A stretch of 64,000 nt of DNA from Vairimorpha necatrix (taxonomy: Eukaryota), in assembly GCA_036630325.1 (NCBI GenBank), contig CP142726.1, forward strand, positions 620,001-684,000, in the 5' to 3' direction. The notes beneath the pieces are model-generated. The model was not told the origin of the DNA. It searched no databases and saw only the letters and a program-made list of their open reading frames with translations. Position numbers and translations under genes: made by a program. Below, piece after piece: positions 35,501 to 49,619 of the stretch; position 1 is the stretch's first letter; each line of letters opens with the position of its first letter.

Positions 35501-36653
35501 GCGAAATAATATACCTTAGATTAAGAGTGTTCGGTGAAGAAATTAAATGCTCATTATTGGTTTGTATGATACTGCCTGACTATTCTATCCCTGGAGATGT
35601 TATATTAAAATTCTCACGCTTAGTTTAAAAATTCTAAGAATTTGTTTACCTTCAACGAGAATACATAGTATCCCACGGGAGCAAGAGTTACTACAGAAAC
35701 TAAAACAGAGCATAGAGGATAAAAAATATTGAATCTAACTCTAGTTATTAGGGTAGAATTTATTTCAACCAATAACTTCAAAAATTTGTTACAAAAAGAA
35801 CAAAATAATTACCAAATTTTAAGGGGGCTTCGGAGTGACGATAGCACTAGAACCCATTAAAGGTGCAACATTGCATTTTATGGTCACAGGAGAAGATCCT
35901 TTAATAAACCAAAAGAACTATCGGATCCCTATACACTATGAACAAGAAATCACTGAAGACATTCGCCGAATATAGATTAGGTGTTATGAGAAACAAATAG
36001 CCCATGGTGATAAAGACTCGTCCTATTCAAAAGCCCGATAAACTGTTAAGACTATGCATTGACTTCTGAGCTCTAAACAAAATAATGATAGGAGACAAAT
36101 ATCCACTTCCTCGAATTGATGAATACTAGACAGACTAGCTGTAGCAAGTACATTTTCTACCCTAGATGCTGTATCTGGATACTATAAGATGTGTATGAAC
36201 GAATCAGATAAATATAAAACAGCGTTTGCATGGAAGGTCAGACATATGAATATAACAGAATGCCTTTCGGGTTATTTAATGCTCGCGATAAATTCTAAAG
36301 AGCCATCCATAGACTGATCAGAAATCTGTGCAATGACTTTGTTTTCCAAATCTAGTCTTAAATTATTTTTTAAAGAACGACAAGGAACACGGAAAACATC
36401 TTTTAATTGTGCAGGATAAATCGGGGGAAAAACGTAGAGTATTTAAGAAATCAGAATAGACATTTTTTAATGACGAAATAAATATTCTAGGGAATCTTGT
36501 TTGAAGAGATAATTAATTCCCGACCCTAAAAAGATCAAGACAATTTAAAAATTCCCATTTCGAGAGAACCAAAAAGCTTACGGCCATTCTTGGGGTTAGT
36601 TAATAACTATAGAAATATGTAGCATCTATTTCCGAGTTAACAGGGCCATTTTG

Positions 36654-37945
36654 GGAGCTTTCCCACTTTAGTCCCACCCCCTACATATATAAATATCAAT
36701 TTTTAAAAAATATCCCTTTTTTCAAAAACCAAAATGAAAAAAAATCAGAAAAAAGTACTGCTTAAATAATCGAAGATACAAAAATAAATATATAATTCAA
36801 GTTAATTTTATTATAAAAATGTAAATTTAATTCTTTTATATCATCATATGTGTCATATATATTAGTTAGGATTTTAATTTTTCCAGAAAATAATAAGGTA
36901 ACAAAACATTCAAATAATCAATATTTTGAACTTCTATCAATTATTTATCAATATAAATGAATTTTTAGTGTTCATAGTAACACTGATGAGGATTTTTTTA
37001 TTTAGTACCCCATTACATGCTTAACAATAAAGAAATATACAAAGCATATGATAAAATAAAAGAAAAACTTCTTCAAAAAAAATGCTTCAAATGCGGGGAA
37101 GAAGTTAAATTAAGACAACAAAAGCCGTGTGTTGTCAGATGCATTGAAAAAAATGCAAAAAAGAGAGGAGTCTTTTTACGAACACAATATTTGCAAAAAC
37201 CCACTTGGATCACATAGTTATGTTAAAGATTCTGAACCTCTGGCTTACGAAAATTTCGCCTCTTCATATTGCCAAAATGTTAGATATTTCCCTTAGTGTT
37301 GTATCGAGGTCCCTTAAGCAGTTTTTGTTAGACGACGTTTATCATAAATACATGGAAAACGCAAGAGAAACACTAGACGGTAAGAATATAATAGTCGAAG
37401 TGGATGAAAGCAATTTGGAAAACGTAAATACAACGTTAGACATAAAGTAGAGGGTGTGTGGGTATTTGGGATGGTCGAACGGACCTTAAAAAGAAAAATT
37501 TTATTTGTTCCTCTCCCAAATAGATGTAAAAATACATTACTAAATCTTATTGGTACATATATAGATAAATAATCGACAATTTAGCTGATATGTGAAAAGG
37601 ATATGCAAAAATGACATCTATAATTGCCAAACATAATACAGTTAACCATAGTAAATGGTTTAAAGATCCTATTACAGGTGTTCATACAAACACCATAGAG
37701 GGGAATTGGTCTGCGAAAAACGTCAAACACCGCTAAGATGTAGAACAAAAACTTTAATTTGCCCTTATTTATTAATATTTATGTTGCTTAGAAACTCTAA
37801 AGACAATTACTTTGATGTTTTTATAAATTTATTTTTTTGATTTTTTTTTCTCCTCCTTTTTTTTCATTTTGGTTTTTGAAAAAAGGGATATTTTTTTAAA
37901 ATTGATATTTATATATGTAGGGGGGACTAAAGTGGAAATTGGTCC
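36654..37945 (+). mobile_element. Merlin transposon with ~90-bp TIRs, disrupted
   Basis: Inverted CCACTTTAGTCCC..CTACATATATAAATATCAA..; duplicated CATTTT target core; VEVDES, HTNTIEGNW. Confidence 0.92.
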
Positions 37946-40309
37946 CATTTTCTAACCTTCTTAAGAGAGAATCAAAAAATAGTGTAAAAAAGTACTTTAG
38001 TCAGAAGATTTACATATAAAGTTTGCCAAGATAAAGCAAGCTCGTACAGGCGAAAGCAAAATGTGACAACCAGGCCTTTTAAAAAAATTTATCTTATGAC
38101 GGATGATTCTGAATGTAAATTGGTGCTGTCAATGCATAAGCTGAAGGTAATGGTTTAGAGAAAGCGATTTCCTTTCTAGTGAAAGACCTGATAATTGTTC
38201 AATGAAATAAACAGTTACAGACAAAGAACTTCTGGCCGCCGCTAAAGCTATTAATAGCTTTGACACTTCTCTCCTATGGAAGAATTTACATTTAAAACGG
38301 ACCAAAAAGCACTCACATATCTATGGGAATCAAAAAATTACACAAGCAGAATCCTAAGATGGCCAAAAACGTCATAATAATAAAAATCTAACTTTGAATA
38401 TATAGAGGATGAGGCCAATATCGCGGATGGTTGTAGTAGAATATTTGGCAAGGAAATAATAATGGCAAGTATCAAAAAAGTTTTTTCAAGAAAAGAAAAT
38501 GAGAAGATGCTTAAAGCCTTTACATAGAAACAGGACATGGATCCTTAATAACATTAAATTCACATTCAAAGAAAAATATTATGGGGAAGGACTTCCTAAA
38601 GATATTGAAAAGCTGGTTTCAGTGTGTGTTATTTGCTTGAAACTCAATATAAAATAAGAAACATAAAGCATATAAAAATAAAGACAAGTATTAACAACGA
38701 GCTATAGAGTTTGCTTGATAGGATTAAGTTCATATAATAACACCAATAATTTTATCTTAGTAGAGATCGATCATTTCAGCAAATGTATAAAGACAAAATA
38801 CTTAAAAACAAAGAAGCTGGAACCATTAGAGACGCTATCAAAGAACTAATAATTAGGAAACATATTACACTGTAAACAATGTCGTCGGAATGCGGACTCG
38901 AGCGCAAGAACAAGCAAATAAATAATTTGAAAGTTAAACATGGGCTTGAATGGAAATACTCATCATTGAACACCACTATGTAGTAGGATATGTTGATAGA
39001 GTAAACCAGACACTTTGGACAAATCAAAAAAAACTTGCCAACTACGACGAAACTTATAAGATAATTGCGTTAGAAAAAGCAACGCACGCAGTAAATTTAT
39101 TTTTAATTCGGCCTGTGAAACTTCCCTATACATTTTCAATATGCAAGATCTCCTAAATTTAAGATTGATAATTATTTTGAACCGAAACCAATAAAATGCT
39201 TAAGAACATTCCTGACTAAGAAGTGAAACGAAAACAGTGCGAAGTATAAAAAAAATATAGAAACCGCCTATTGATTTTTAAATTAGAGATGAAGTTTTAG
39301 ATTACAGAGAAAGCAAAAATAATAAAATGGAAGCGAATTAGTTGTGGGATATGGAATAACGGATAGATAATTACCAGGAGGCTTTATGACCAAAATTAAA
39401 AAGACTAAGTAGAGTGAAAAAAGCTCGTATTAGGCATGATCTTTCTTTTGGGGAATCAAGATGTCGTGGAGCCCTTGGGCTCCTACATGTTTTACATTTC
39501 TTAATACTTAAAACTTTTACATTTTACCCCTAAGCAACATGAAAGAAAGGAGATAAAAACAATTAAATATCGACAAAGTTTTTTGTTTTTTTGCTCTTTT
39601 TTCATAAATTGAAGAGAGAAAATGCTAGGAAGGAGTCAAAACAAGTAAAATAAAAATTTTAATAATTCGTCAAAGACTGAAGCCGAGGAATTCCTTTGGG
39701 GTATATACCTAAACAAATAAAGTTTTGAACTATTGACTGATCTTTTTCAATAAATATAGAATTTTAAAAGTGACCAATTACCTTTTATGGTATTGGTATG
39801 AACTCCCGTATTTGAGTTTCTGAAGTGCAATGAATGATTAACCATATGATGTTGGTTTAATATATGTGGCATCCCACATGTCAAACATATCATTTTTGAC
39901 ATTTCTTGATTTGTTTACCCTGTAAACAAACAAAAAAAACTATAAAAGAAAATTCCATACTTAGGGGTATGGAAGATAAGAGAAATAAACTATTTACTCA
40001 AAACTTATCTTTATTGGAGTTGTACTTTCGCAGGAGGTACGACAATATAATACTCAAAGAATGATAAGATCCCCCAATATCGCTATATAATACTATCTCT
40101 TTTCACATATTTTACTAAAGATCTGTAAGTATTTTTAATCCCTTTTTATATGTAATATTATTATTCTACGTTAATAGAACGTCCGATCGTGCAAAACACC
40201 AGAAGCCATTTGTTAATTTACCTCTGTTGTATTTATTTTTTCCATTTTTTGACTCGTCAATTTCTACTATATTGCCTTCTCCACCCGTAATGTTTAGAGA
40301 AGTTAATAA

Positions 40310-42240
40310 CTGTCACCGTTCGGGGCGAACACAAGGACAAATACTTATTTGAGAAGGGTAAAATATTAAGAAAAAAATGTCTGTTCGGAGCGGACGCCAA
40401 TGAAATGCTTAATTGAGAAGGTTAAAATATTAAGAAAAAACTTTGGTATTTATTTGTAATTTGTATATAAAAAAATTTAATTTGAAGGGCATAAAGGTAA
40501 CAATGAAAATAAGAAGATTTTGTCTTTTTACAGACTGTATGTTCCAACAAGGTTGGTAGAAAAACAAAAAGAGATACTTTTCAGAAAAAAAGAATAAACT
40601 TTATCCCCTTTGAGGATGTGATTAATGGTATCACAGAGCTCACGGTGCGATTTAAAGTAGGTCTATACAGATCATTAAAATTATTTGACACCGACGAGCA
40701 ACGTTTCAAAATCGATCTTCGTCATAAATGAACATGTGGGGCAGGACAGATTGTTTGCATTATGCAAACAAAAGTCTACAACGCAACCAAAGATAGATTC
40801 GGAGAGCTTTGAAAACTTTGATATATCAATATCAAAGAGAAATCTAGATACTAAACCCGTTATTAGACCAATTGTAGCAAAATATCCATTGAAATATTTG
40901 TTGCAGACTTGATTGATCGTGGTTATATCACAAACTCGACGGAGGATATTGTCATACGCTCACTATGACCAATTATATTAAGGAAAAAGTTGTTTCAGAT
41001 CAATGTTTTAATTGGTACTTGTGTATCCAATTATATTTGATTTAATTCAGAAAAACTATTTAAGAAAATTATTTTAGAAAAAATATGAATTACACTTCAA
41101 CTTGTAAATCTATTTACATTTCTTTTTCAAAAACCAACAAGGCACCGCAAAGACATGGCAGATATAAAGGTTATGAATTATGTAGATTTTTAAACCAAAT
41201 TTTGTTGGACGGTACCAATGCTTGACAAAACAAGTATTAATGTATGGAATCCCTTTAAAATATTGTTTATGACGTTTGTTCTTGTTATATACTTCATACG
41301 TATAACGGCAAAGAATTCTTAAACCAAGTACTCGTCGATTTATGTCAGAAATATGAAATAGAACACGTAAGGAGGGCTAGATGTCTATGAAAACAAAGAC
41401 AGATAGAACGATGCAATCAAACAATAAATAGATGATTGCATCTATTCAGGACAAAAAAAATTTTGATTTAATGAACCAAAGCACAAGAAGAAGTTATGTG
41501 GTCATGTAATATTTTAAGACACTCTTCTAAAAACAAAGACCATTCTCTAAAATGTTCTGTGAATTTATTAAGGACATAATGGACGAGTCTAGAATCACGG
41601 GTATTCTAGATTCGATTAATAGCGATAATCACGAACAAGAATGTGAGGACGAAGAACACGAAGAATAAAAATTTATCAGATGTTCTAGATTTATTATCAA
41701 TGAAAAAACACAACAACTATATGCTCTTAATAACACAAACCTTTTTGAATGAATTCATCGTGATGCAGCTAAAATTCATACACAAATTGCTACAGATAGA
41801 ATGGTACAAAGAGATATGTCGTTAAATGATTTTTTAGAATTTAAAATAGGAGATATGCTCTTTATAAGACCTTATTTGGGCTTAACGTCAATACTCGAAG
41901 ACATTCTCTTTAAGCTCATTTAGATGCAGAAGTATATCTTGTAACTGACATTATACAAACTAATAAAGTAAAATTTTCAGAGAAGATGTTATGGAATTAT
42001 ATTAGAAGAAATACGTACTAGAGATTTAAGGTTGTTTTGTAATACATAAAGTACTGAAAATTTTGTTTATTTCATTTTTCTCCATTGTTCGTTATTCCCA
42101 CTTATTATTATAATAAAAAACAAAAATATACCCCGCAAAAAATCGAAACAAAATTTGGGCCTCATTATAGACGTAATTACTTGTTCTTATTTTCTAGTTC
42201 GCCCCTCACTGGAGAGATTTTTTTAATTTTTTACCCATGG
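40310..42240 (+). mobile_element. Ginger2/TDD-like (SCAND3/KRBA2-type integrase) DNA transposon relic
   Basis: HVGQDRLF, KPVIRPIVAKYPL..DLID, LHTYNGKEF, QIERCNQTI-like segments; imperfect inverted GGGGCGAAC motifs at ~40322 and ~42197; no RT nearby. Confidence 0.55.
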
Positions 42241-42719
42241 TGTACTCTCCACACTATGACCATAACTTATCGTAAAAAACAATTCTTTTCATTTTTTTAT
42301 TGACATTGATGTAGGTTTTTTTTAACAACCTGAAATTTGAGAAATATGCTTTCGAGAATAACCGAAAGCCTACATATTAAGTATTTGCAAACATGTTGTA
42401 TGGTTGAGTTTACAATTATCAAAGAACGTATTATGCTAGATGAAAATAACTTTTAACAATCTTTCCAAGTACATTTTAAGATACAACTGCCTTTTCATTC
42501 TTTCTTTCTTCATTCTAGCAAAACATATATCAAAATTAATTTTGAAATTTCATTATTGAATCGTTGTATGATTTCCACTTCTTCTCTCGTTAGAATTTCC
42601 TCCTCCATTTTTGATTAAAAGGTGCAAAAAACAACCCCACAATATCGAATTTTGCGTGTCAAGGTGCACTTTGGCCCAAAACAAAAGTAAAGGTGGTTGA
42701 AAAGATCTAATTAATCCTT

Positions 42720-45320
42720 AATATCTTCGTGAAAAGTTTGGAAAGTATAATAATTTAAAAGAAAGTAGAGGTATGTTTATAGGACAAAGAGTGAAAAGGA
42801 AAGCTCATAAGAAGCATAGAAACCCCAAATGTAGAAGTGAGATTGATAAGTGGAGTGCTGCACAGAGATACGGCTTGTTCCAAAGTAGTACTTCAAAGAA
42901 CTATATGTTTTGCGTCTTTCCCCGCAGGCTTTTAAAAGTTTTAGTGTGAATTTTATTGGGGTTCCTAAAATATTTTAAAAATAAGAAGGAGGGAAATTAT
43001 TAAAAATTGTAAAATACATCCTATGGGAATTAGAGATGTTTTTAAAGCTGTAATACCACAACAAGCAACTTGATGGCTTCAAACGAACTGGATAAAAAGG
43101 ATGCGAATAAATTGCCACTGATTAGAGACATTATTAAGCAACGTAAGGTTCTTAATATTTATGGTTATAGACCTAAGGATATGATTCTTTTATAGAAATT
43201 GAAGAACGTTACAATTATAAGGCAGCGTTTGAGATAAATGGTAGAAATACGAATGTTTTAGCATGGCAATGGGATCTAAAATTTTCCCATAACATGCAAA
43301 GAGTTTTGAACAAAATTTTAGATAAGCTAAGAGGCAAAGGTATTGAAATGTACATGGATATTATTATTATTCATGCAAGAGAAAGTAGTGTCCACAATAA
43401 TTTATTAGAAAAGTTGCGGAAATATAAAGAATGTAGCTTAAAAGAAAACTTAATGAAGCTATAATACAAATTCGAAGAAGTAAAACTATTGGAGTAACGA
43501 TCACAGGAGAAGACATATAATTAAACAAAATTATAAAACAAGAACGTTAGAATACAGAAGGGCTAATAACATAAAAGAGCTTAAAGATTTTTAGGGTCGG
43601 CAGGCTGGTTTAAATTTTATTCCCCATTATGCTTATCGTACACATGACTTACAGAAGCACTAAAAAAGATGTCATAAGGGAATGGTCTAAGGTTATGGAA
43701 GAGCCTTTATGGATATCGTAGAGGGTTTAAGGATATAAAAATAAAAAATAGTAGACAACCAGAAAATGTTTAGACTGAGAACAGACATATACTCAAAGGA
43801 AACTTGAACATACTATTACAAGAAGACAGGGATGTAAGGTGGGTCTTATTACAATGCGCATCAAAAATGTCAACATTAACAGAAAAAGGATATTTAATAA
43901 TTGAAAAAGAAGATTTTGGCAGTGTTTTAGAATAAAAAAAATTAAATTTAGATTTGGACAGAAGAAAATTCCATTTAATGACAGACAATAAGGCACTGGA
44001 CGAAATTAGCAACAAGCCCTTTTAACAATGACCGAATCAATAGATGGATAGAATATATACAAGAATTGACTTTACTATTGAATATGTAGAAGTATGTTTA
44101 TGACGGATGTAGATTGCCTAGACGAAAATTTGAAAATGATTTAGTGAAAGAAAAAAAGAAAGAGAGAAACAGACATAAAAACAGATGAAGGGGAAGGAAC
44201 AAAGCGCATGGCTAAAAAAAGAGGGAAACTAATGAAGTTTTCATCAGGAGAAAGTACAGAAATCCTATACAATGAACTGAGGGAACCGAAAATTCGCGAG
44301 AAACTAAATCATCGAGAAGTTAAGGGAACACATTTTAGATAAAACAAAGATGGCATTGACCAGGTATGAAGGACCTGATAACGACAACATTAAACAGTTG
44401 TGAAGTTGTAACGTTACTAATAGGAAACCGATCGGAGGCTACAATTTTGTAATGACATTTAAGAAATTAGAAAAGTAGCTTTAGACCTAATGGATACTGA
44501 CAGAGAAAGAAATATACGTGCTATTGGGGATTGACTACTTTACGAGAAGAGTATGGGGCGCAAAAAAAGAAAATAAGGAGGTGATGTTACTACGAAAATT
44601 TTAGAAAAATGGACAAATAGAGATGGATGCCCTGATGCATAAATTATGGATAATGGTAAGGAATTTTTTAGTGAGAAACTTGTAGTTTTTTGTAACGAAA
44701 ACGAAATTATGCAACGGTTAGTAGGTTTAGAAGCTCATAGAGCAACGGAAGAATAGAACAATGTAATTGAATAACAATGAAACCAATGATTAAACAAAAA
44801 GAAGGAAACTCAGAGAAAAAACTAGAACAAGCCGTACAAACTTTTAATAACACTCTACACACAGCGATTAAATTACACCAATGAAACATGGAAGGATCAG
44901 GAGAAGAAGTCTTTATGGAAACGATGAAAAGGGCGTATGCAAATAAAATCATACAAAGGCATAGAAAAAATTTTGAAGTGGATCATGTTGTAAGAATCGC
45001 AAGAAGAGTAAACTTGGGCAAAGAGATGAAAAGTATGAAAGGATGATTTACAAGTGTTGGTAAAATATTGGGAAAGAGTGAGAATGATTCATATATTGTA
45101 AGGACAAATAATGGAAGATACATCTAGAAACGACATTATGACTTAAAAGAATATAAAAATGAGAAACTAGAGGCTTGTAACGCGAGAGTACTCGTCTGAG
45201 TGGAGTGTGAGAGTGGAATTCCCTATCAAAAAAATGTAGTACATGATATTCTAAGAATTATTCAATATATTCCAAAATCATCCCTTTAAATTAGTCTAGT
45301 TTTCCCTTCAACATTTACAT
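42720..45320 (+). mobile_element. Decayed Ty3/Gypsy pol (RT-RH-IN); LTRs not resolved
   Basis: YMDII, FLGSAGWF, LMTDNKAL, RINRWIEYIQE, VALDLMD, GIDYFTR, MDNGKEF, SNGRIE in shifting frames. Confidence 0.85.
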
Positions 45321-45544
45321 CAATATTTTACCCAGAGAAGAGTACGTTATAATCAAGGAAAAATAAATTAATAATAAAACCCTATAATACATTCCTCAGC
45401 AGGGTACCACACTGAGTTATTATGAAATATTAATAGGGAATAAAAAAACAAAATCTTAACGATTTATTCTCTTACTAATTTTTTGCACCATAAAATTGAA
45501 TTTAGTTCATCGCAATAAAATAAGAAAATAGAGATTGTCAGAGG

Positions 45545-45879
45545 ACAAGACCAGCTGCATACTGTGAGTTGCCCTGCCTAAGGGATGGCGTGTGTTTTGA
45601 CAGGCCTTTGAGAGACCAACATCATGTTTGAGATGGGGGATACGTCAAACCTTAATTATGTTAGAATGTCTAAAACAACCATGTTTGAGCAATTATAATT
45701 TTGTTGCAAAACATGTCAAAGCTATCATTCTCGCTTATTTAAGCGGAAGCACCTCGAGGGGATGAAACTGAGGTCAGAAAAAGAGATAGAAAACTCCGCA
45801 ATACCAAGTTCTAATGAAAACGTTACTTATAAAAATCATTTAAAGCGGGTAGGCAAAGCCAGCCTCACAGAGATCTTGT
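45545..45879 (+). ncRNA. Candidate structured RNA (or solo LTR), unidentified
   Basis: Nested long-range helices ACAAGA/TCTTGT, CTGTGAG/CTCACAG, TTGCC-TGCCT/GGGTA-GGCAA; internal hairpins CGCTTA/TAAGCG, ACCTC/GAGGT, CATGTTT/AAACATG. Confidence 0.35.
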
Positions 45880-47539
45880 TTTATTTTCTTTCTTTAAATA
45901 AAGTCAAATTTGATTCTGTTTATAGTGACAAATTTGTAGCTTTTTTCCAAACAAATTTGTTTTTTTTCGTACAAACACATATCATATTTTCGTACAAACA
46001 TATTACATTTTTTTCATAGAGAAAAATTTGATTCTTTTCATAGAACAAATGTTTTTTTGGCTGTATAGATATTTTCTAACCGAAATTATCTGGCTATTTT
46101 GACTTCAAATTTGCTTGACAAATTCTGTGATAATCATTAATTTTAGATTAACATTTTGTAAAGAGTACTTATCACTTTTTTTAGGCCTTTTCTCAAAACA
46201 TCTTACTTGTATTTTTATCATTTAAAATTTTTTATCAAAAATTTTGCCGTTAATTTTGTTGTCTGATCTATTGCTTCTGATATTTTTTGATTTTTTAATT
46301 AACATCATTTGATTGATTTCCTAGCCAATAAGTGATACTCTCTATTTCTCCAGAAGTACACAAAATGTAAAAAGTTTATTCATTGTTTGTTTACTTCCTA
46401 TTGATTTACTAGTTTTAATGTGTTTTTATAATAATCTAAGCGAATAGCCGTAAATAATAATATATCACGATGACTATCTATAATATTAAAAAAAATACGT
46501 TTGAGGTCACGAATTAAAAAATTTAAATTTTTAATGCTGCATTAAATACTCCGTTGCGTAATATTTCACTTTTTATCTTCTATTTTTGTGATTTATATAC
46601 CTAGTTTTGATAAGAAAGATTAAAGTTCTATTGAAATTACTAATAACTATAGTAATTAAACGTTCATTTTTTATACTAGAGTCGATATATTCTATTCTTG
46701 AACATAACAAATCAAAAATTCTTGATGTAAACAGCTAGATTGAATTTATTTGCAATTCCTCTTTGCTAATATTTAGGAGCTTAATAATGAAAAGTTTATA
46801 TGTAAACAAAAATTTGCAATTTTTGATAAATATATGATGAAACAAGAAATAAAACACATTGGATCAATAAAAGAAACATACTAAATCTTTTTAATGAATA
46901 CACATAGAAATACAAAAAAATTATCATTTTATTTCTTTTTTGTTTTTATCTATATTTTTCTTAACATATTTTATATTAAATTTCGTAATTTATTTTTATT
47001 GTTTCAATGATTCGTTTAAAAACAAATACGAGTTATCATATGTAAACTTTCCATGAACCCCCCCCCCCCAATTTTCCGACGTTATGTTTTATATAACGTC
47101 TTTTAATAATTGTTGTATTTAAAAGTTGTTGAAAATTGAAAATTTAATTATAATTAAAAATCGTAATCGAATAAAAAATATTTTTTATCGTTTGTTTTAT
47201 ACATAAAATACAACGTAAAAGTTATAGTCGAAAAACGGCATTTCATTGATTTTTATTTACTATTTAATTTTTTTTGTTTATGTATTGATAAAACAAATAT
47301 CGTAAATTTTAACCTCATATTTTTTTTTTATTATTGCCAGTTTATGTTTAGATAACAGATTTCGGAAGTGTCGAAAATAACATAAGTATTTTAAATATAC
47401 TGTATTCTAAACTTATATGCAATATGCGACTATTACATTGGAAAAGAAACTATCGAAACTTGATTATATCAATAAAACGTTCACAAGATGGTTTTTTCAA
47501 TGAAAATTTCTGTTTAAATATGGATTTATCATTGAGTAG

Positions 47540-47905
47540 GTGTTTATTGGTTATTATATAAAATCAACAATCACAGATAGTATAACAGGGAACTGGAAAA
47601 CTAACTCTACCTTGAAGCTTACATCTAGTCTATTGTGCCCCCAAAACGACGAAGATACGATTAAGGGGATGCAGGATAGGAAGAAGTTGCTTAGCTATAA
47701 TCGCACTAGTAGATATGGTGACTGTTAAAGAATTGTCGTGGTCAAAGGAAAGTGAAGCTTAAATTGCGAAAATTAAAAACTAAAATTATTAAACAGAAAC
47801 TATGGTTTGTGAAAAGCTGAATCACATGAGCGATACCCGGACAAGTTGTGCTACAAATATCTAAACTAAAGCAAGAAAATTCACTCAATCATCTTTTATT
47901 TTTTA
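47540..47905 (+). mobile_element. 3'-terminal fragment of the RLE non-LTR family
   Basis: Collinear similarity to 27440-27810 (GACTGTTAAAGAA, GAAGCT, CAGAAAC..TGTGAAA, CATGAGCGATACC, ATCTTTTATTTTTT). Confidence 0.8.
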
Positions 47906-48433
47906 AATGTACCAACATGTATAAAGTCGAAAAAAGTAACTATGATTTTTGATGATTTATATTTCTTTATGATATAGCAGTAACTTGAACAATTACAATA
48001 AAGAGTTTTTACAGAAATATCAAAAAAAATAATTTAAAAACAATTTTTGGTACTTTCTATATTTTATTAATAAATTTTTTCCAAATAAATGATACAAAGT
48101 CCTTTGTATAATATATTTTTATTTTAGATTTTGGACTATAGCCTTACTTTTTACTTTTTAAAAACGAGATCTTATCAGAGTAAATTAAAAAAATGTATGT
48201 ACATATTTTTAAAGCATGATTACTGAAATGGCCATATATACATTATATCGTTGTTTTATATATAGACATATATATAAGTAGTGGATGCAGAAGTAGAATA
48301 AGATATTTTCTATGTCTTTAATGACTAATTTTAGACTAAATGTATTCATTGTATTTATTCACTAAAAACTGCAAAACAAAACTAAATTGCTGATAATCTC
48401 CTCGGCTCATTTCTTGCAACTAACATTTATTTT

Positions 48434-49504
48434 GGCGTTTCTTTGGTATATGATCAGAAATTAAGACTTCCCCTTGTAATGGAAAAATGAAAAAATGGGA
48501 AAATAGAAAACTACTAGAAATATAATTTTTTATATTTTTAGTTTTTTAATCAACATAACAATCAAAAAACTCCTCCAACATATTCACTTTTGAATTTTTA
48601 TAACATGATTTAATAATCCAAGTATTTATTTTTATGCTTAACTTCATGTTCTTTGGTCATTTTAGATTTTGCCTCAACCAAGCGTTCTCGATGTTGTTAG
48701 TATGAGTTCCATCTGCAATATAAATCCGATAGAGTGATTTACAACCTTATGCTCTAGAGAATGTTTTCGTGACACATCTGGATAATTTGAATAACATTAA
48801 CTGTGTAAAATTATACCCATACCTTTCACATTACAAAGCCTCTGTTAAAACACTCGACAGTCTTATTTTTCCTTCTTTTATTGTAAAACTATATAGGATT
48901 TATAGCTTCTACTATGCCTACTATCCAAATATGTCGGAAATTTAATTGTCTGAACTTGTTGGATATCTTATCACGTATAAAATACAAATAACAAATGGTT
49001 CAACTTGGACAATTTTACCTAGTCAAACAATATTCAGACTTCTAGAAAACCATATTTTTTGAGCTTTTTAAAAGGTTTTTTTTGCACCAGCAGCTGTCGA
49101 CGATGAAATTCCCAATTTTGCTTTTACGGCAAAATAATCACTTCTACACATAATTAGAAATAGTTATTAGCTATAAATAACCAAAGACAATGTGATTTTT
49201 TATCACTGTCCTCTTTGCACTGAACTTACATTTGGTATACTTGTATGATACTCTTTTAATCTTTCTTCATGAATGAAAATAACTCTACAACTTCACTGCC
49301 CTTACAAAAAATATATTTTATTCGATGTTTCTGACGTGATAATAAGTCTAAATAATAATTCAATACTATAAAAGGTCCTTGTTTTCCTTAGGCTTCACTT
49401 TAATGCTTTTCTTTGGTATCTGATAAAAAAGTCAATGCCAAAATTTTTATTTTAAAAAGTCGAATTTTTTTGTGAAAAAATTCCATCAAATGCCAAAAAC
49501 AACC
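48434..49504 (-). mobile_element. Heavily decayed Merlin of the 9437-10543 family
   Basis: TIR GGCGTTTCTTTGGTATATGATCAGAA; minus-strand relics of WIVGIVEA, HKVVNHS, ADGTHTNNIE. Confidence 0.8.
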
Positions 49505-49619
49505 ATACCATTGAATAATGATATCTTTCTGTACATCAATTTGGATTTACAGAGCTAGTTTCGGTTTTTTCTTTAAGAGCACTAATCTACACATTTTTTT
49601 TATTGAAGTGCCGCAAATA

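Larger units (their letters stand above)
27844..39575 (+). mobile_element. Old Ty3/Gypsy element hosting nested insertions
   Basis: Diverged LTRs TGTCGT..GGGCTCCTACATG..ATATCGACA at 27844-27966 and 39462-39575; PBS-like TGACGACAA; protease LLDTGADIS near 35380; RT 35900-36650; RH/IN 38080-39450. Confidence 0.8.

Noticed and set aside
46970-47320. MITE-like imperfect inverted repeat
   Set aside because: Low-complexity AT-rich match with no clear termini or TSD.
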